From NCBI GenBank assembly GCA_017654855.1, contig CM030339.1:1-64000 (forward strand): 64,000 nt of DNA. The letters are read 5' to 3'. A model generated the notes under the pieces. The model was not told the origin of the DNA. It did no database searches and was given only the letters and a program-made list of their open reading frames with translations. This document shows positions 11,643-23,162 of the stretch, in pieces (position 1 is the stretch's first letter; each line of letters opens with the position of its first letter). Both the position numbers and the translations under genes were made by a program. This stretch comes from Podospora anserina (taxonomy: Eukaryota).

Positions 11643-13310
11643 ATGATATTTATAAGTATAATAGGATTATTACTGTCGAATGCCGTTACTTTAAGGCAGG
11701 ATATGTCGGTTAACTTCAACCGAATTGCTCTTATAGATTTGATTTATTGTATTTTACATGATACAATGAGTTTGTCTATAATTAATAAAGGTATTGGGCT
11801 ACATGGAGGTTTATTACATATTACTAATATAACATTAATATTTCATATATTTATTTTTTTTTTAAGTATATTAATATTACAATTAACGAGTTTCTACCCG
11901 AAAAGCCTGAATACCTGAACATTCATCATTAAAAGATATAATTTATCAAAAATTTTTAAATTATAGAACCAAAATTTTTAATAAAATGGGGGAACATATG
12001 AAAATTATCGAATATCCTTTAATATTATTATTTGTTATCAGTGGAGCAGTCTTTTTAATGTCTACGAATGATTTAGTTTCTATATTTCTTTCTATTGAAT
12101 TGCAAAGTTATGGCTTGTATTTATTAAGTACTATTTATAGAAATTCTGAATTATCTACAGCAGGGGGTTTAATTTATTTTTTATTAGGTGGTTTAAGCTC
12201 GTGCTTTATTTTATTAGGTACAAGTTTATTATATATTAATTCTGGTACTACAAGTCTGGATGGGCTTTATATACTTAATAGTATAAGTGATGTAAAAGAT
12301 GGTGCTGCGGATATGCCTGCTTTAACTTCATGGTATAAATCATATTATTTAAATTTTGCTTTACTAGTATTTAGTATAGGGTTTTTATTTAAAGTAAGTG
12401 CAGCACCTTTTCATTTTTGATCTCCTGACGTATATGATGCTATACCCACTATAGTTACAACATTTGTGGCTATAATAGCTAAAATTTCTATTTTTATATT
12501 TTTGTTAGAATTAGTTTATCATACAAATAATTATTTATCAGAATTTAGTTGAACATACCTTTTATTAATAAGTTCTCTTTTTTCATTAATAATTGGAACT
12601 GTTGTTGGTTTGACACAATTTAGAATTAAGAGATTACTTGCGTACAGTACTATCTCTCATGTAGGTTTTATATTATTAGCTTTAAGTGGTTGTAGTATAG
12701 AATCAACACAAGCTTTTATATTTTATTTAATACAATATTCTATAAGTAATTTAAATGTGTTTATTATAATAATTACTATAGGGTTTTCTTTATATGGTTA
12801 TATAACAACAAATAAAGAATATAAAGATTTATTAGATAAAAATAACTCTCCAATACAAGTAATTAGCCAATTAAAAGGGTATTTCTATATAAATCCTTTA
12901 TTATCTTTAAGTTTAGCTATCACAATTTTCTCTTTTGTGGGTATACCACCTCTAGTAGGGTTTTTGCCAAACAGATGGTATTAAGTGCTGCTTTAGATAA
13001 TGGTTATATTTTCTTAACTTTAATTGCAATACTTACTAGTGTAATTGGTGCAGTTTATTACTTAAATATAATAAAAAAAAAATTTTTCTATTTACCTGAT
13101 CATAGTATAAATCCTTCTATAGGTGAATTTTTATTTAAAAAGGGTTTAATCTTTGAAGCTGGGGATTTTAAGGGTAGAATTACACTTATATCTAGCCCTT
13201 TTTCTATTACAATTTCTATAATTACATTGGTAATATTATTATTTATATTTATGAATAAAGAATGATTAAGTATGGGTACCATATTGGTACAAGTTTTATT
13301 TAGTAATTAA
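11643..13310 (+). CDS. nad2: NADH dehydrogenase subunit 2 (homopolymer frameshifts)
   Basis: [46 protein letters not shown]. The TAA abuts the nad3 ATG. Confidence 0.95.
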
Positions 13311-14995
13311 ATGAGTAGTATGACATTATTTATTTTATTTGTATCTATAATTGCTTTACTTTTTTATTTATTAATTTAATATTTGCTCCTCATAATCCTA
13401 AAAATTGAACAGGGAAATCAATTAATTGGGTAAAACTATCAAATTCCGGGAAAACTTTAAAGCTTCTGATACTAAGCATTAATCGAAAGGTTAATTGTGG
13501 CTGAAGTAATTACTCAGGTATAGTAATAAGTCAGAAGATATACGAAAGTATAATAGGCAACCGCGGATCTAAGTCAGCTTTATTGTCTGTAAAAGAGCAA
13601 CGAGTATACGGTAGTTGTACTAATAATTTAGTATTAAGATGTACTCTAGTGGGCTTAGAAATAAGTTATCAGGCTAAAATCCCTTCTAACTCTATAAATT
13701 TTAAAAAGAAATTTCAGTACCTTAGAATCTAAACTAAATCCTTCATACATCTCGGGGTTTGTAGATGGTGAAGGTTCTTTTATGTTAACTATAATAAAAG
13801 ATAATAAATATAAGTTAGGTTGACGTGTAGTTTGTAGATTTGTAATAAGCTTACATAAAAAAGACTTAAGTTTATTAAATAAGATTAAAGAATTTTTTGA
13901 TGTAGGTAATGTATTTCTTATGACTAAGGATTCTGCACAATATCGAGTAGAATCTTTAAAAGGTTTAGATCTTATAATTAATCATTTTGATAAATACCCC
14001 TTAATAACTAAAAACAAGCTGATTATAAGTTGTTTAAAATGGCTCATAATTTAATAAAAACAAAAAAGTCATCTTACAAAAGAAGGATTATTGGAACTTG
14101 TAGCTATAAAGGCTGTAATAAATAATGGTTTAAATAATGATTTAAGTATTGCTTTCCCTGGTATTAATACTATTTTAAGACCTGATACATCGTTACCTCA
14201 AATTCTGAATCCTTTTTGATTATCTGGATTTGTTGATGCAGAGGGTTGTTTTAGTGTCGTAGTTTTTAAGTCTAAAACATCTAAATTAGGAGAAGCAGTT
14301 AAATTAAGTTTTATTTTAACTCAAAGTAATAGAGATGAGTATTTAATAAAAAGCTTAATTGAATATTTAGGGTGTGGTAATACAAGTTTAGATCCTAGAG
14401 GTACTATTGATTTTAAAGTAACTAATTTTTCTAGTATAAAAGATATTATTGTTCCATTTTTCATTAAATATCCTTTAAAAGGAAATAAAAATTTAGATTT
14501 CACAGATTTTTGTGAAGTCGTAAGATTAATGGAAAATAAATCGCATTTAACTAAAGAAGGATTAGATCAAATAAAAAAAATCCGTAATAGAATGAATACG
14601 AATAGAAAATAATAGTTAAAATCAAGGCGCAAGCTCTAAAATTTATAGATATGAGAAATTTAGCTTAAACGTATCAAGAGAAGTATAGCATATTTGAATG
14701 TGGTTTTCATAGTTTTTTAGGGCAAAATAGAACACAATTTGGTGTTAAATTTTTTATTTTCGCTTTAGTATACTTATTATTAGATTTAGAAATATTATTA
14801 ACTTTTCCTTTTGCTGTTAGTGAGTATGTCAATAATATTTACGGTTTAATTATATTATTAGGGTTTATAACTATTATAACTATAGGTTTTGTTTATGAAT
14901 TAGGTAAAAGTGCATTGAAAATTGATAGTAGACAGGTAATAACAATGACAAGGTTTAATTATTCTTCAACAATAGAGTATTTAGGTAAAATATAA
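13311..14995 (+). CDS. nad3: NADH dehydrogenase subunit 3; exons 13311-13399 and 14672-14995
   Basis: FAPHNP^[15 protein letters not shown]...YLLLDLEI. Confidence 0.93.
13400..14612 (+). CDS. LAGLIDADG homing endonuclease, I-PanMI-like, in frame with exon 1
   Basis: [30 protein letters not shown] ... [15 protein letters not shown]. The exon junction GCTCCTCATAATCCTTATCAAG is the target I recall for I-PanMI. Confidence 0.88.
13400..14671 (+). mobile_element. Group I intron (IC2-like) in nad3
   Basis: T^ and G^ boundaries restore the nad3 frame. Core AAAGAGCAACGAGT and GATGTACTCTAGT. Confidence 0.88.
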
Positions 14996-15252
14996 ATTTG
15001 GACTTTATTTTATAAAATGCCAATTTTGTACTTCTGCTGATTACTTAATTTGTACTTCGAGCTTACGCCGAAGCACGAAGTAGTGCTAATATTTAGCGAA
15101 AGGCAAAAAAAAATTTTTTTTAGGTGTAAGCCCTATAAATTGTAAATAATATATTATATACCTAGATATAGCTGTTTATGTTTAATATTAATAAAATTAA
15201 TGCGGGTGGCGGCATATGTTGGCTAGCTAAAAAGTCACCTTTTATTTTTTTT

Positions 15253-15322
15253 TTCCCATTAGCTCAAGGTAGAGCAGAATACTTCTAATATTACGGTTTT
15301 AGTTCGAGTCTAAAATGGGAAT
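15253..15322 (+). tRNA. trnR: tRNA-Arg(TCT)
   Basis: Acceptor TTCCCAT/ATGGGAA, anticodon loop CTTCTAA. Confidence 0.9.
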
Positions 15323-15505
15323 CATTATTTATCCTTATACTTTTAAAGTATATACAGTTATTATATTACTTTTTTACTGATCTGATATCTAGGGCTTTAC
15401 TTTTAAATTTATTTAGTAGATAATTCGCCCCCCTTTTCTTTACTCAGCCTGATTTTTTTTTCATGCTATATCTGAGTCTTCGTACGGGATATTTATACTT
15501 CGTCT

Positions 15506-15580
15506 GCGCTATATATAGCGAGGAGCTTGCGCTATATATAGCGAGGAGCTTGCGCTATATATAGCGCAAGCTCCTCCTCG
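15506..15580. repeat. Tandem/palindromic MUSE composite (GCGCTATATATAGCGAGGAGCTT x2 plus palindrome)
   Basis: Seen directly in the sequence. Confidence 0.85.
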
Positions 15581-15643
15581 ACATACTTCGTCAGTATGTA
15601 TGTATGCTTGCGCCCTCCTCGCTCTAAAGTATCTTAAAATATA

Positions 15644-15654
15644 TTAGTGATGTT
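15644..15654 (+). promoter_or_regulatory. Putative promoter TTAGTGATGTT upstream of rns
   Basis: Same 21-nt context as at 294-314. Fits the Neurospora-type promoter consensus. Confidence 0.55.
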
Positions 15655-15744
15655 ATTGTAATTTAATTTAATTTAATTTATAATATCATTAATTGATAAA
15701 GTGGTGTTAAATAAGGCGTGGCGCAAGCTCGCCTTTACTCACTT

Positions 15745-17515
15745 TAACCAAAGTTGAGTTTGGTGATGGCTCTGATTGAACACTGTCCAAATACTTGACA
15801 CATGCTAATCGAACGTTTAATTAAATTTTACAGTTGCAGTAAAGTTATTCTTTCCTTTCTGTAAAACTGGTTATTAAGGAGGTTTAAATTTAGGGTTTAT
15901 TCTCCTCTATTTATAAGGTTAATCTCTCTAAAGGGGTTTTTTAATTAAAAGTGGTGTACAGGTGAGTATTATGGTTTTTGTACTACCTAAAAGTAAAGGC
16001 AAATCCTTTATAGTAATAAAGAACGGTCATGTTCGCTTTTAGATGAAGATAAAAATCTCGGGGAAAGGTAGTTGTTAAGGTAATTGCTTAACAAGCCTAG
16101 TATTCTCTTAGTCGAAGCTGAGAAAGGTTGATCGACCACATTGGGGATGAAAAATCCCAAGGCAAACGAAGTACAGCAGTGAGGAATATTGGTCAATGGC
16201 CTAACGGCTGAACTGGTAACTTGGAAGAATGGCTCCATAAAAATGGAGTTAATCGATTTATCGAATAAAATTCTGTATACATACCTATAATGACGGTATG
16301 TACATCTTGTCTTGACCAATTGCGTGCCAGCAGTCGCGGCAATACGTAAGAGACTAGTGTTATTCATCTTAAATAGGTTTAAAGGGTACTTAGACGGTAG
16401 AATTTGCCTTAACGGGAACAATTTTACTAGAGTTTTATATAAGAAGATCTTACTCTAGAGTGTAGAGTTGTAATTCATTAATACCTAGGGGACTGGTAAA
16501 GGCGAAGGCAATCTTTTATATAAAAACTGACGTTGAAGGACGAAGGCTTAGGTCACAAAAAGGATTAGATACCCAAGTAGTCTTAGCAGTCAATTATGAA
16601 TGCCATAGGTTAGATATAGTTAAATACAAACAAGGGCGTAAGCTCGTATTAAATTTTACCATCTAGTCTATAAATGAAAGTGTAAGCATTTCACCTCAAG
16701 AGTAATGTGGCAACGCAGGAACTGAAATCACTAGACCGTTTCTGACACCAGCAGTGAAGTATGTTATTTAATTCGATGACCCACGAAAAACCTTACCACA
16801 ACTTGAATATAAAAAAATGCTATCTACTACCATCACTTATTTAAAGGTAGCGGCGCGGGGCGGCGAAAGCTCCTCCTCGCTCTAAATTTAAGTGTTAGGC
16901 GCAAGCTCTAAGATATATAGCTGGCTAAATATTATTTAGCTAACTATGCTTTTAGGTTATAGATTAATGCAAGTATTATACAAGTGTTGCACGGCTGTCT
17001 TCAGTTGATGTTGTGAAACTGTGGTTCGGTCCATGGAATTAACGAAAACCCTTGCTTTATTTGTAAATTCTAAAATAAAGCAGTTCACCTGTATATGGGT
17101 TATGATAAAAGGGATCAAGACAAGTCCTCATGGCCTTGATGTTGTGGGCTATAGACGTGCCACATGTACCTAAACAAAGAGATGCAAAAATGTGAATTTT
17201 AGCTAATCTCCCAAAATAGGATAAAATTAGATATGGATTGTAGTCTGAAACTCGGCTATATGAATAAGAAATTGCTAGTAATCGTGGATCACCATGACAC
17301 GGTGAATATAACTTCGGATTGGTACTAACCACTCGTCACATGCTGAAAGGAGTATGCGCAATAAGTTTGCTGTTCTGTATTAAACAAGAATAGATGACGG
17401 TGCAAGCTAGATTTTATTTTTAATATGGGGCTCTTCGTATGTGTGACTCTGATTAGTGTAAAGTCGAAATACGGTTCGTGTAGTGGAAGTTGCACGGGAC
17501 TTATTATACTTAACA
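15745..17515 (+). rRNA. rns: Mitochondrial SSU rRNA (ends approximate)
   Basis: GAGTTTGGTGATGGCTCTG, GTGCCAGCAGTCGCGG, GGATTAGATACCC, AAGTCGAAATACGGT. Confidence 0.95.
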
Positions 17516-17622
17516 ATAAAAATTTTTATGAAAATCCTCAAATCAAATTTTGATTGATTTTTATATATATATAGGAATATATTCTAAATATCACTTGTTA
17601 TATTTATTATATACTATATATA

Positions 17623-17710
17623 AGGAGAGTCCCGTTTGTTGGTATGACGGGTTAAGCTGTAAACTTAATGACTAATAAAGTCATCGAAGGTTCAATTCCT
17701 TTCTTTCCTA
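17623..17710 (+). tRNA. trnY: tRNA-Tyr(GTA)
   Basis: Acceptor AGGAGAG/CTTTCCT, anticodon loop CTGTAAA, variable arm. Confidence 0.9.
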
Positions 17711-17937
17711 CTATAAAGGGTGGACACACACGCCTTTATAAAAATTGGTTAGGCGTACTGCATACATACATACTGACGAAGTATGTATGTCTGCTATATA
17801 AATAAAAAAAAAATTTTTTATTAAAAGATAATAATATACTAGCCTTTTTGCTCAAAACAAAACAAAAAAAAAAAAAACAGAAAAAAAAAACAAATAAATC
17901 AAATCAAGTAAAAAAAAAAAAAAAAATAAACGATAAA

Positions 17938-18745
17938 ATGACTAATTTAATTAGAAGTAATTTTCAAGATCATCCGTTTCATTTAGTATCTCCATCTCCA
18001 TGACCCTTATATACTAGCGTTAGTTTATTAAATTTAGCTACTAGTGCTGCTTTATCTATGCATAATTTTAATAATAGTTATTATTTATTTTTATCTCTTT
18101 AATATTAGTTATTTCATCTATGGCTTTCTGATTTAGAGATATAATATCAGAAGCTACTTTATTAGGGGATCATACATTAGCAGTACAAAAAGGATTAAAT
18201 TTAGGTGTTATACTTTTTATAGTATCTGAAGCACTATTTTTTTTAGCTATATTTTGGGCTTTCTTTCACAGTTCATTGACACCTACTGTAGAATTAGGAT
18301 CTCAATGACCACCTATAGGTATTGAACCTATAAATCCTTTTGAATTACCTTTACTTAATACAGTAATACTTTTATCTAGTGGTGCAACAGTAACTTACGC
18401 TCATCACTCTTTAATTCATGGGGAAAGAAAAGGAGCTTTATATGGGTCTATTATTACTATATTACTAGCTATAATATTTACAGTATTCCAAGGAGTTGAG
18501 TATAATGTATCATCTTTTACTATTAGTGATGGTGCTTTTGGTACATGTTTTTATTTTGGGACAGGTTTCCACGGGTTCCACGTGATAATTGGAACAATAT
18601 TTTTAGCGGTAGCTTTATGAAGAATATTTGCTTACCATTTAACTGACAACCATCATGTAGGTTTTGAAGGTGGTATTTTATATTGACATTTTGTGGATGT
18701 AGTTTGACTTTTTTATATGTTTCAATTTATTATTGAGGTTCTTAG
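17938..18745 (+). CDS. cox3: Cytochrome c oxidase subunit 3 (two T-run frameshifts)
   Basis: [46 protein letters not shown]. Confidence 0.95.
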
Positions 18746-18785
18746 TAGATTATTCATCATTTCCAAATTAACACCAATATACAAA

Positions 18786-18857
18786 AGGATCTTAGTATAA
18801 TGGTAATACATGTGACTTTTAATCATTCGGTCATCGGTTCGAATCCGGTAGATCCTA
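18786..18857 (+). tRNA. trnK: tRNA-Lys(TTT)
   Basis: Acceptor AGGATCT/AGATCCT, anticodon loop CTTTTAA. Confidence 0.92.
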
Positions 18858-18992
18858 TATATAATGTATATTCTTAATTTTTTTTTTTTGTAGTACTACG
18901 TACGTAGTACTGCGTATTGCATATAGTATACTGCTGATCCCTTTGCATGCGAAGCCTAAATAAGTATGCCTACATAGCATTAAGCTAATGCT

Positions 18993-19064
18993 GCGATATT
19001 AGTCTAATTGGTAAAACGTCCATCTTCCAAATGTTCTTTGTGAGTTCGAATCTCACATATCGTA
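18993..19064 (+). tRNA. trnG: tRNA-Gly(TCC)
   Basis: Acceptor GCGATAT/ATATCGT, anticodon loop CTTCCAA. Confidence 0.9.
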
Positions 19065-19293
19065 TATTAAATTTACGGTGCAAGCTCTTTTACTATCTTT
19101 ATAGAAGGAGCACGGTGTACGTACGAAGTCGCCTGCAGCCACGTCATACCACACCGCACCACACTCACTTTATTTTGAGGAGGAGGAGGAGGAGCTTGCG
19201 CCTCGCTATATATAGCGCCGTATACATATAGACATACTTCGTCAGTACGTATGCAAGCTCTAAGCTCGATTTAGTGTTAAAAACTTAACTTAA

Positions 19294-19366
19294 GAATTAG
19301 TAACTTAATTGGTAGAGGGTTTCCTTGTCACGGAAGCAGATGCCGGTTCGATGCCGGTCTAGTTCG
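19294..19366 (+). tRNA. trnD: tRNA-Asp(GTC)
   Basis: Acceptor GAATTAG/CTAGTTC, anticodon loop TTGTCAC. Confidence 0.92.
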
Positions 19367-19375
19367 TACTTTATG

Positions 19376-19456
19376 GGAAAAGTTGCCATAGGTAAGGTAA
19401 GATATTTGCTAAATATTGTGTTTAAGCACCTGGGTGTTCGAGTCACCTCTTTTCCG
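19376..19456 (+). tRNA. trnS: tRNA-Ser(GCT)
   Basis: Acceptor GGAAAAG/CTTTTCC, anticodon loop TTGCTAA. Confidence 0.9.
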
Positions 19457-19495
19457 TTAGTTAAATTCCTTGTAAGGCGCAGCCTAGCACACATA

Positions 19496-19566
19496 AAGAG
19501 TATAGTTTAAAGGTAAAACAGAAAGCTTCAACCTTTAATTTCTTAGTTCGAGTCTAAGTGCTCTTG
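19496..19566 (+). tRNA. trnW: tRNA-Trp(TCA)
   Basis: Acceptor AAGAGTA/TGCTCTT, anticodon loop CTTCAAC. Consistent with genetic code 4. Confidence 0.92.
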
Positions 19567-19757
19567 TTCCAGGTGCAAGCTCCCTTTGGCTGTATAACTT
19601 TCTTAAATATTTTGGATCACTTCGAGCCTACACCTGGGAATAAATAACCCTATGGTTGATGATACTGGGTGGTGAGTATCACGTACAGACATACAGAGGA
19701 CGTACAGACGTATGTCTGTACTTATCCTCTTAATAATAAATATTAAAAATATTATTT

Positions 19758-20423
19758 ATGAATAATAACTATCCCTTATTTTGAATAAACGAAATTTTAA
19801 CAAATGGTTTTGTTGAATACATATTAGATATATTTTCAATAATGGCTTTTCTTACAGGAATATACGTTATTTTAACTAAAAACCCTATTGTATCCGTATT
19901 ATTTTTAATACTATTATTTGGAGGTATTTCCTCTTATTTGAATATAATAGGTCTAAATTTCATAGGTTTATCATATATAATAGTATATATAGGTGCTGTA
20001 TCTATATTATTTTTATTTATCTTGATGTTAATAAATATTAGAACAAGTGAACTTCAAAGTAATACTAGTAATAGTATTCCTTTAACAATATTTATTGGAA
20101 TTATATTTAGTAATTTTTTATTTCCAATGTTACCTTATGATATTGTCATGTTAAGTAATTTCTATAATAACTATTTTAGCGAGGATTTTTATACAATAGA
20201 TGTAAATATAAATGATAATAATTTGAATAATTTATACAATAATGTACTGTATTTTATGACTAGTGTAATATGGGATGGATCTGTAATAGACTTTAATCAT
20301 ATAACAGCTATAGGTAATATAATGTATACTATTTATAATATATGATTAATAATCGCTAGTTTTATACTTTTACTAGCAATGGTGGGATCAATTGTTATAA
20401 CAATAAAACAAAGAAAAATTTAG
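19758..20423 (+). CDS. nad6: NADH dehydrogenase subunit 6 (221 aa)
   Basis: KNPIVSVLFLI, YIIVYIGAVSILFLFILML, LLLAMVGSI. Confidence 0.95.
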
Positions 20424-20562
20424 GTGGGTGCAAGCTCGACATACTTCGTCAGTACGTCGGGAGAAGTATGTCTGTATATATGCGGCGCTATATATAGGGA
20501 GGCGCAAACTCCTCCTCACTCTATAATTAAAAAAAAAAAAATTTTTTTTTACCATAATTTAA

Positions 20563-20634
20563 AAGAAATTAGCTCAACGGTAGAGCAACCGTTTTACACA
20601 CGGAAGGCTATGAGTTCGAATCTCCTATTTCTTA
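20563..20634 (+). tRNA. trnV: tRNA-Val(TAC), copy 1
   Basis: Acceptor AAGAAAT/ATTTCTT, anticodon loop TTTACAC. Confidence 0.92.
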
Positions 20635-20898
20635 CAAGGCTGGTGCGATATGATTTTGCACCGCGCCTGGATAAAATGAGACTTAAAAAAAGATATAATA
20701 AATTAAAGTATAAAAGTAAAACACGATGCCCGTGTTATGCACGTAGGACGGCGTTGGACGTGCTTACTGCTGGTCTGCGGGCATTATATATATAATATCG
20801 ACGTGGGATATATAGACATACTTCGTCGTCTTACAGACGTACTGACTAAGTATGTCTGTATGCCTGCAGTTACATATTCATTAAAGTTTACACTTAAA

Positions 20899-20969
20899 GC
20901 CCCTATAGCTCAATGGTAGAGCATAATACTGTTAATATTATGATAGATGTTCGATTCATCTTGGGGGCT
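20899..20969 (+). tRNA. trnN: tRNA-Asn(GTT)
   Basis: Acceptor GCCCCTA/TGGGGGC, anticodon loop CTGTTAA. Confidence 0.92.
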
Positions 20970-21004
20970 ATGCCATTTAGTTAAGACTTAGTTGAAGATT
21001 CATT

Positions 21005-21035
21005 TGGTGGGATCTACCGGATTTGAATCAATGAC
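21005..21035 (-). pseudogene. Inverted 3'-half fragment of tRNA-Lys ending in an encoded ACCA
   Basis: The minus strand reads GTCATTGATTCAAATCCGGTAGATCCCACCA. trnK reads GTCATCGGTTCGAATCCGGTAGATCCTA(+CCA). Confidence 0.75.
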
Positions 21036-21483
21036 TTAATTTTTGACCTTTTCTTAACTATTGGCAGTGCTCGCTCGATATAAACAAACTATTAAAACAT
21101 GAAAAATAAAAATACTAGGCGCAAGCTCCCTTTGACGGGGTTAGCTCCGGGTGCGCAAGCTATGCAAGCTCTGGTGAAAAAATTTTTGGGAATAAGTAGT
21201 TGTTAAGGTAATTGCTTAACAAGTTTGGGGTTTCTTAAATCCTATAATAGCTTATAGGATAATAGACAGCTAGATGACGAGCTTGCGCCTGGTAATTGTT
21301 GTTACATATTGCATATAACTTTCTTAAGTACTCCAGACTAGTTTCGCCGTCATCATCCTCATCTATTTAGAGGATGATGATGATGGTGATTAACCTACCG
21401 GATGATTAGTATTACATACAGACAGACGTACAGACGTATGTCTGTACTTATTCTCTTAATAATAAATATTAAAAATATTATTT

Positions 21484-22375
21484 ATGAATAGTAACTATCC
21501 CTTATTTTGAATAAAGGAAATTTTAACAAATGGTTTTGTTGAAAATATATTATATATATTTATAATAATGGCTTTTCTTACAGGAATATATAGCATTATT
21601 GCAAATTTAATTAAATTTGTTATTAATTATATTAATATAAAGATTACTAAAATAATAACTCTAATAGAGAATTGATTAAAAAAAAAGTGACTCTTCATTT
21701 GTTTATTTTATTCTGCTTTTATATCTTTTACTTAATATACATATTTCACTAAATTTTGTTCTATATTTTAGAATAGTAATCTTAGGTTTTATCTCTATTA
21801 AAAATATGGAGATAAGTACATTAATATCTTTCATAGATTATATTTCAGAAATAATAGCTAATATAATAGATAGAAATACTTTAAAGATGGGTGGTACTGA
21901 TTCAGATTCTAACCCGTTAAGTCATGTTTATGAGTTTGCTAGTAAATCTTCTAAACCAAAAGAGGTAGAAAAAGCAATCCCAAATTTACCTGAAAATGTT
22001 CCTAAATACCCCGGTAAAATTGTAAAACCGGTACCTAATAATTTATTAGAAAAAAGAGGGCTATCATCTATGTCGGTTGAAATGCCATCTAATACTACAA
22101 ATCCTTCTGATATAGAAAGGTTAAATAATTTATTGGAGGATATAAAAAAATCTTTAGAGTTATATGATAATCAATCTCTAAAATTTAGAAAACATATATC
22201 TGAGGTCAATAATAATGACCCAAATTGTGTTTATGATCCTAGATCTAAAGAATTATTCAAGGATTATATTAAATTAGTTGATCTTTTAAAAGATCAACAA
22301 AAAGATATGGGGAATAAAATTATAAATGAATTAAAAAATATTGACCCCAATATAAAACATAAATATTTTAAATAA
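21484..22375 (+). CDS. Chimeric orphan ORF (~297 aa if one A/T-run indel near 21680-21730 is corrected): nad6-derived N-terminus plus unknown domain
   Basis: The first ~36 codons are near-identical to nad6. The 189-aa ORF 21806-22375 stays open upstream to ~21680. Confidence 0.65.
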
Positions 22376-23162
22376 TATTTATATATATTGTACGTCGTTT
22401 GGCTTACTTTATTCATTTTAGGTCGATGGGTATTGTGTACGAAGTCAGCATGACTATAAATCAACCTACTTACCAGACGCAAGCAGAACTTGCACCATAC
22501 TAGGCTGGGGGCGCTATATGTAGAAATGCGAAATCGACTAAAGGCAGGAATGCCCATTTGGTCATGGTCTGCGACCCGACTAAATATAATAAGAAATATA
22601 GTGATTTTTAGAAAAAGTTAACTTAGGGTAAAATATATTAAAAAGATAAAAATTTGGAATAATATGGAGAAAAATTAAAGGAATGAGCGATCGGTAAATA
22701 ATATTATATTAAATAATTAATTCTAAATTGCTAACTTACAAGTTTCTAAATACCCCTTTTTTGTAGAAATATATTTACAACATTTAGTTTAAATTAATCC
22801 ATATTAATAAAAAATTACATAAAGATCCTAGGATCTTTCTGGAAGGCGCAAGCTCTAAATTTATATAAATATATTTAATAAGGCGCGAGCTCATATGTTT
22901 GCATACTACTGCTACATATACGGCTGCTATACTTAATTAGTGATATGTTGTGCTTTTTTTTTATTTAAAGCGCAAGCTTTAAATTTAAGCTAAATATTTT
23001 AAGCACTGGCTTAAAAGCGAACTGCTGAGTGGAGCTTGCGCCTCCAAGTACATTATTGTAGGCGCAAGCTCCACTCATGACATTTTTTGGAGCTTGTTAT
23101 AATAAACTTATATTAGAATAGATAGATCAGGTTTTTAAATTAAATTTACATAAAAAAGATAT

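Noticed and set aside
2225-17516. Short ORFs overlapping rRNA or tRNA genes (e.g. 2225-2467, 5486-5872, 9266-10787, 16008-16421, 17057-17516)
   Set aside because: These are incidental frames within RNA genes and show no protein motifs.
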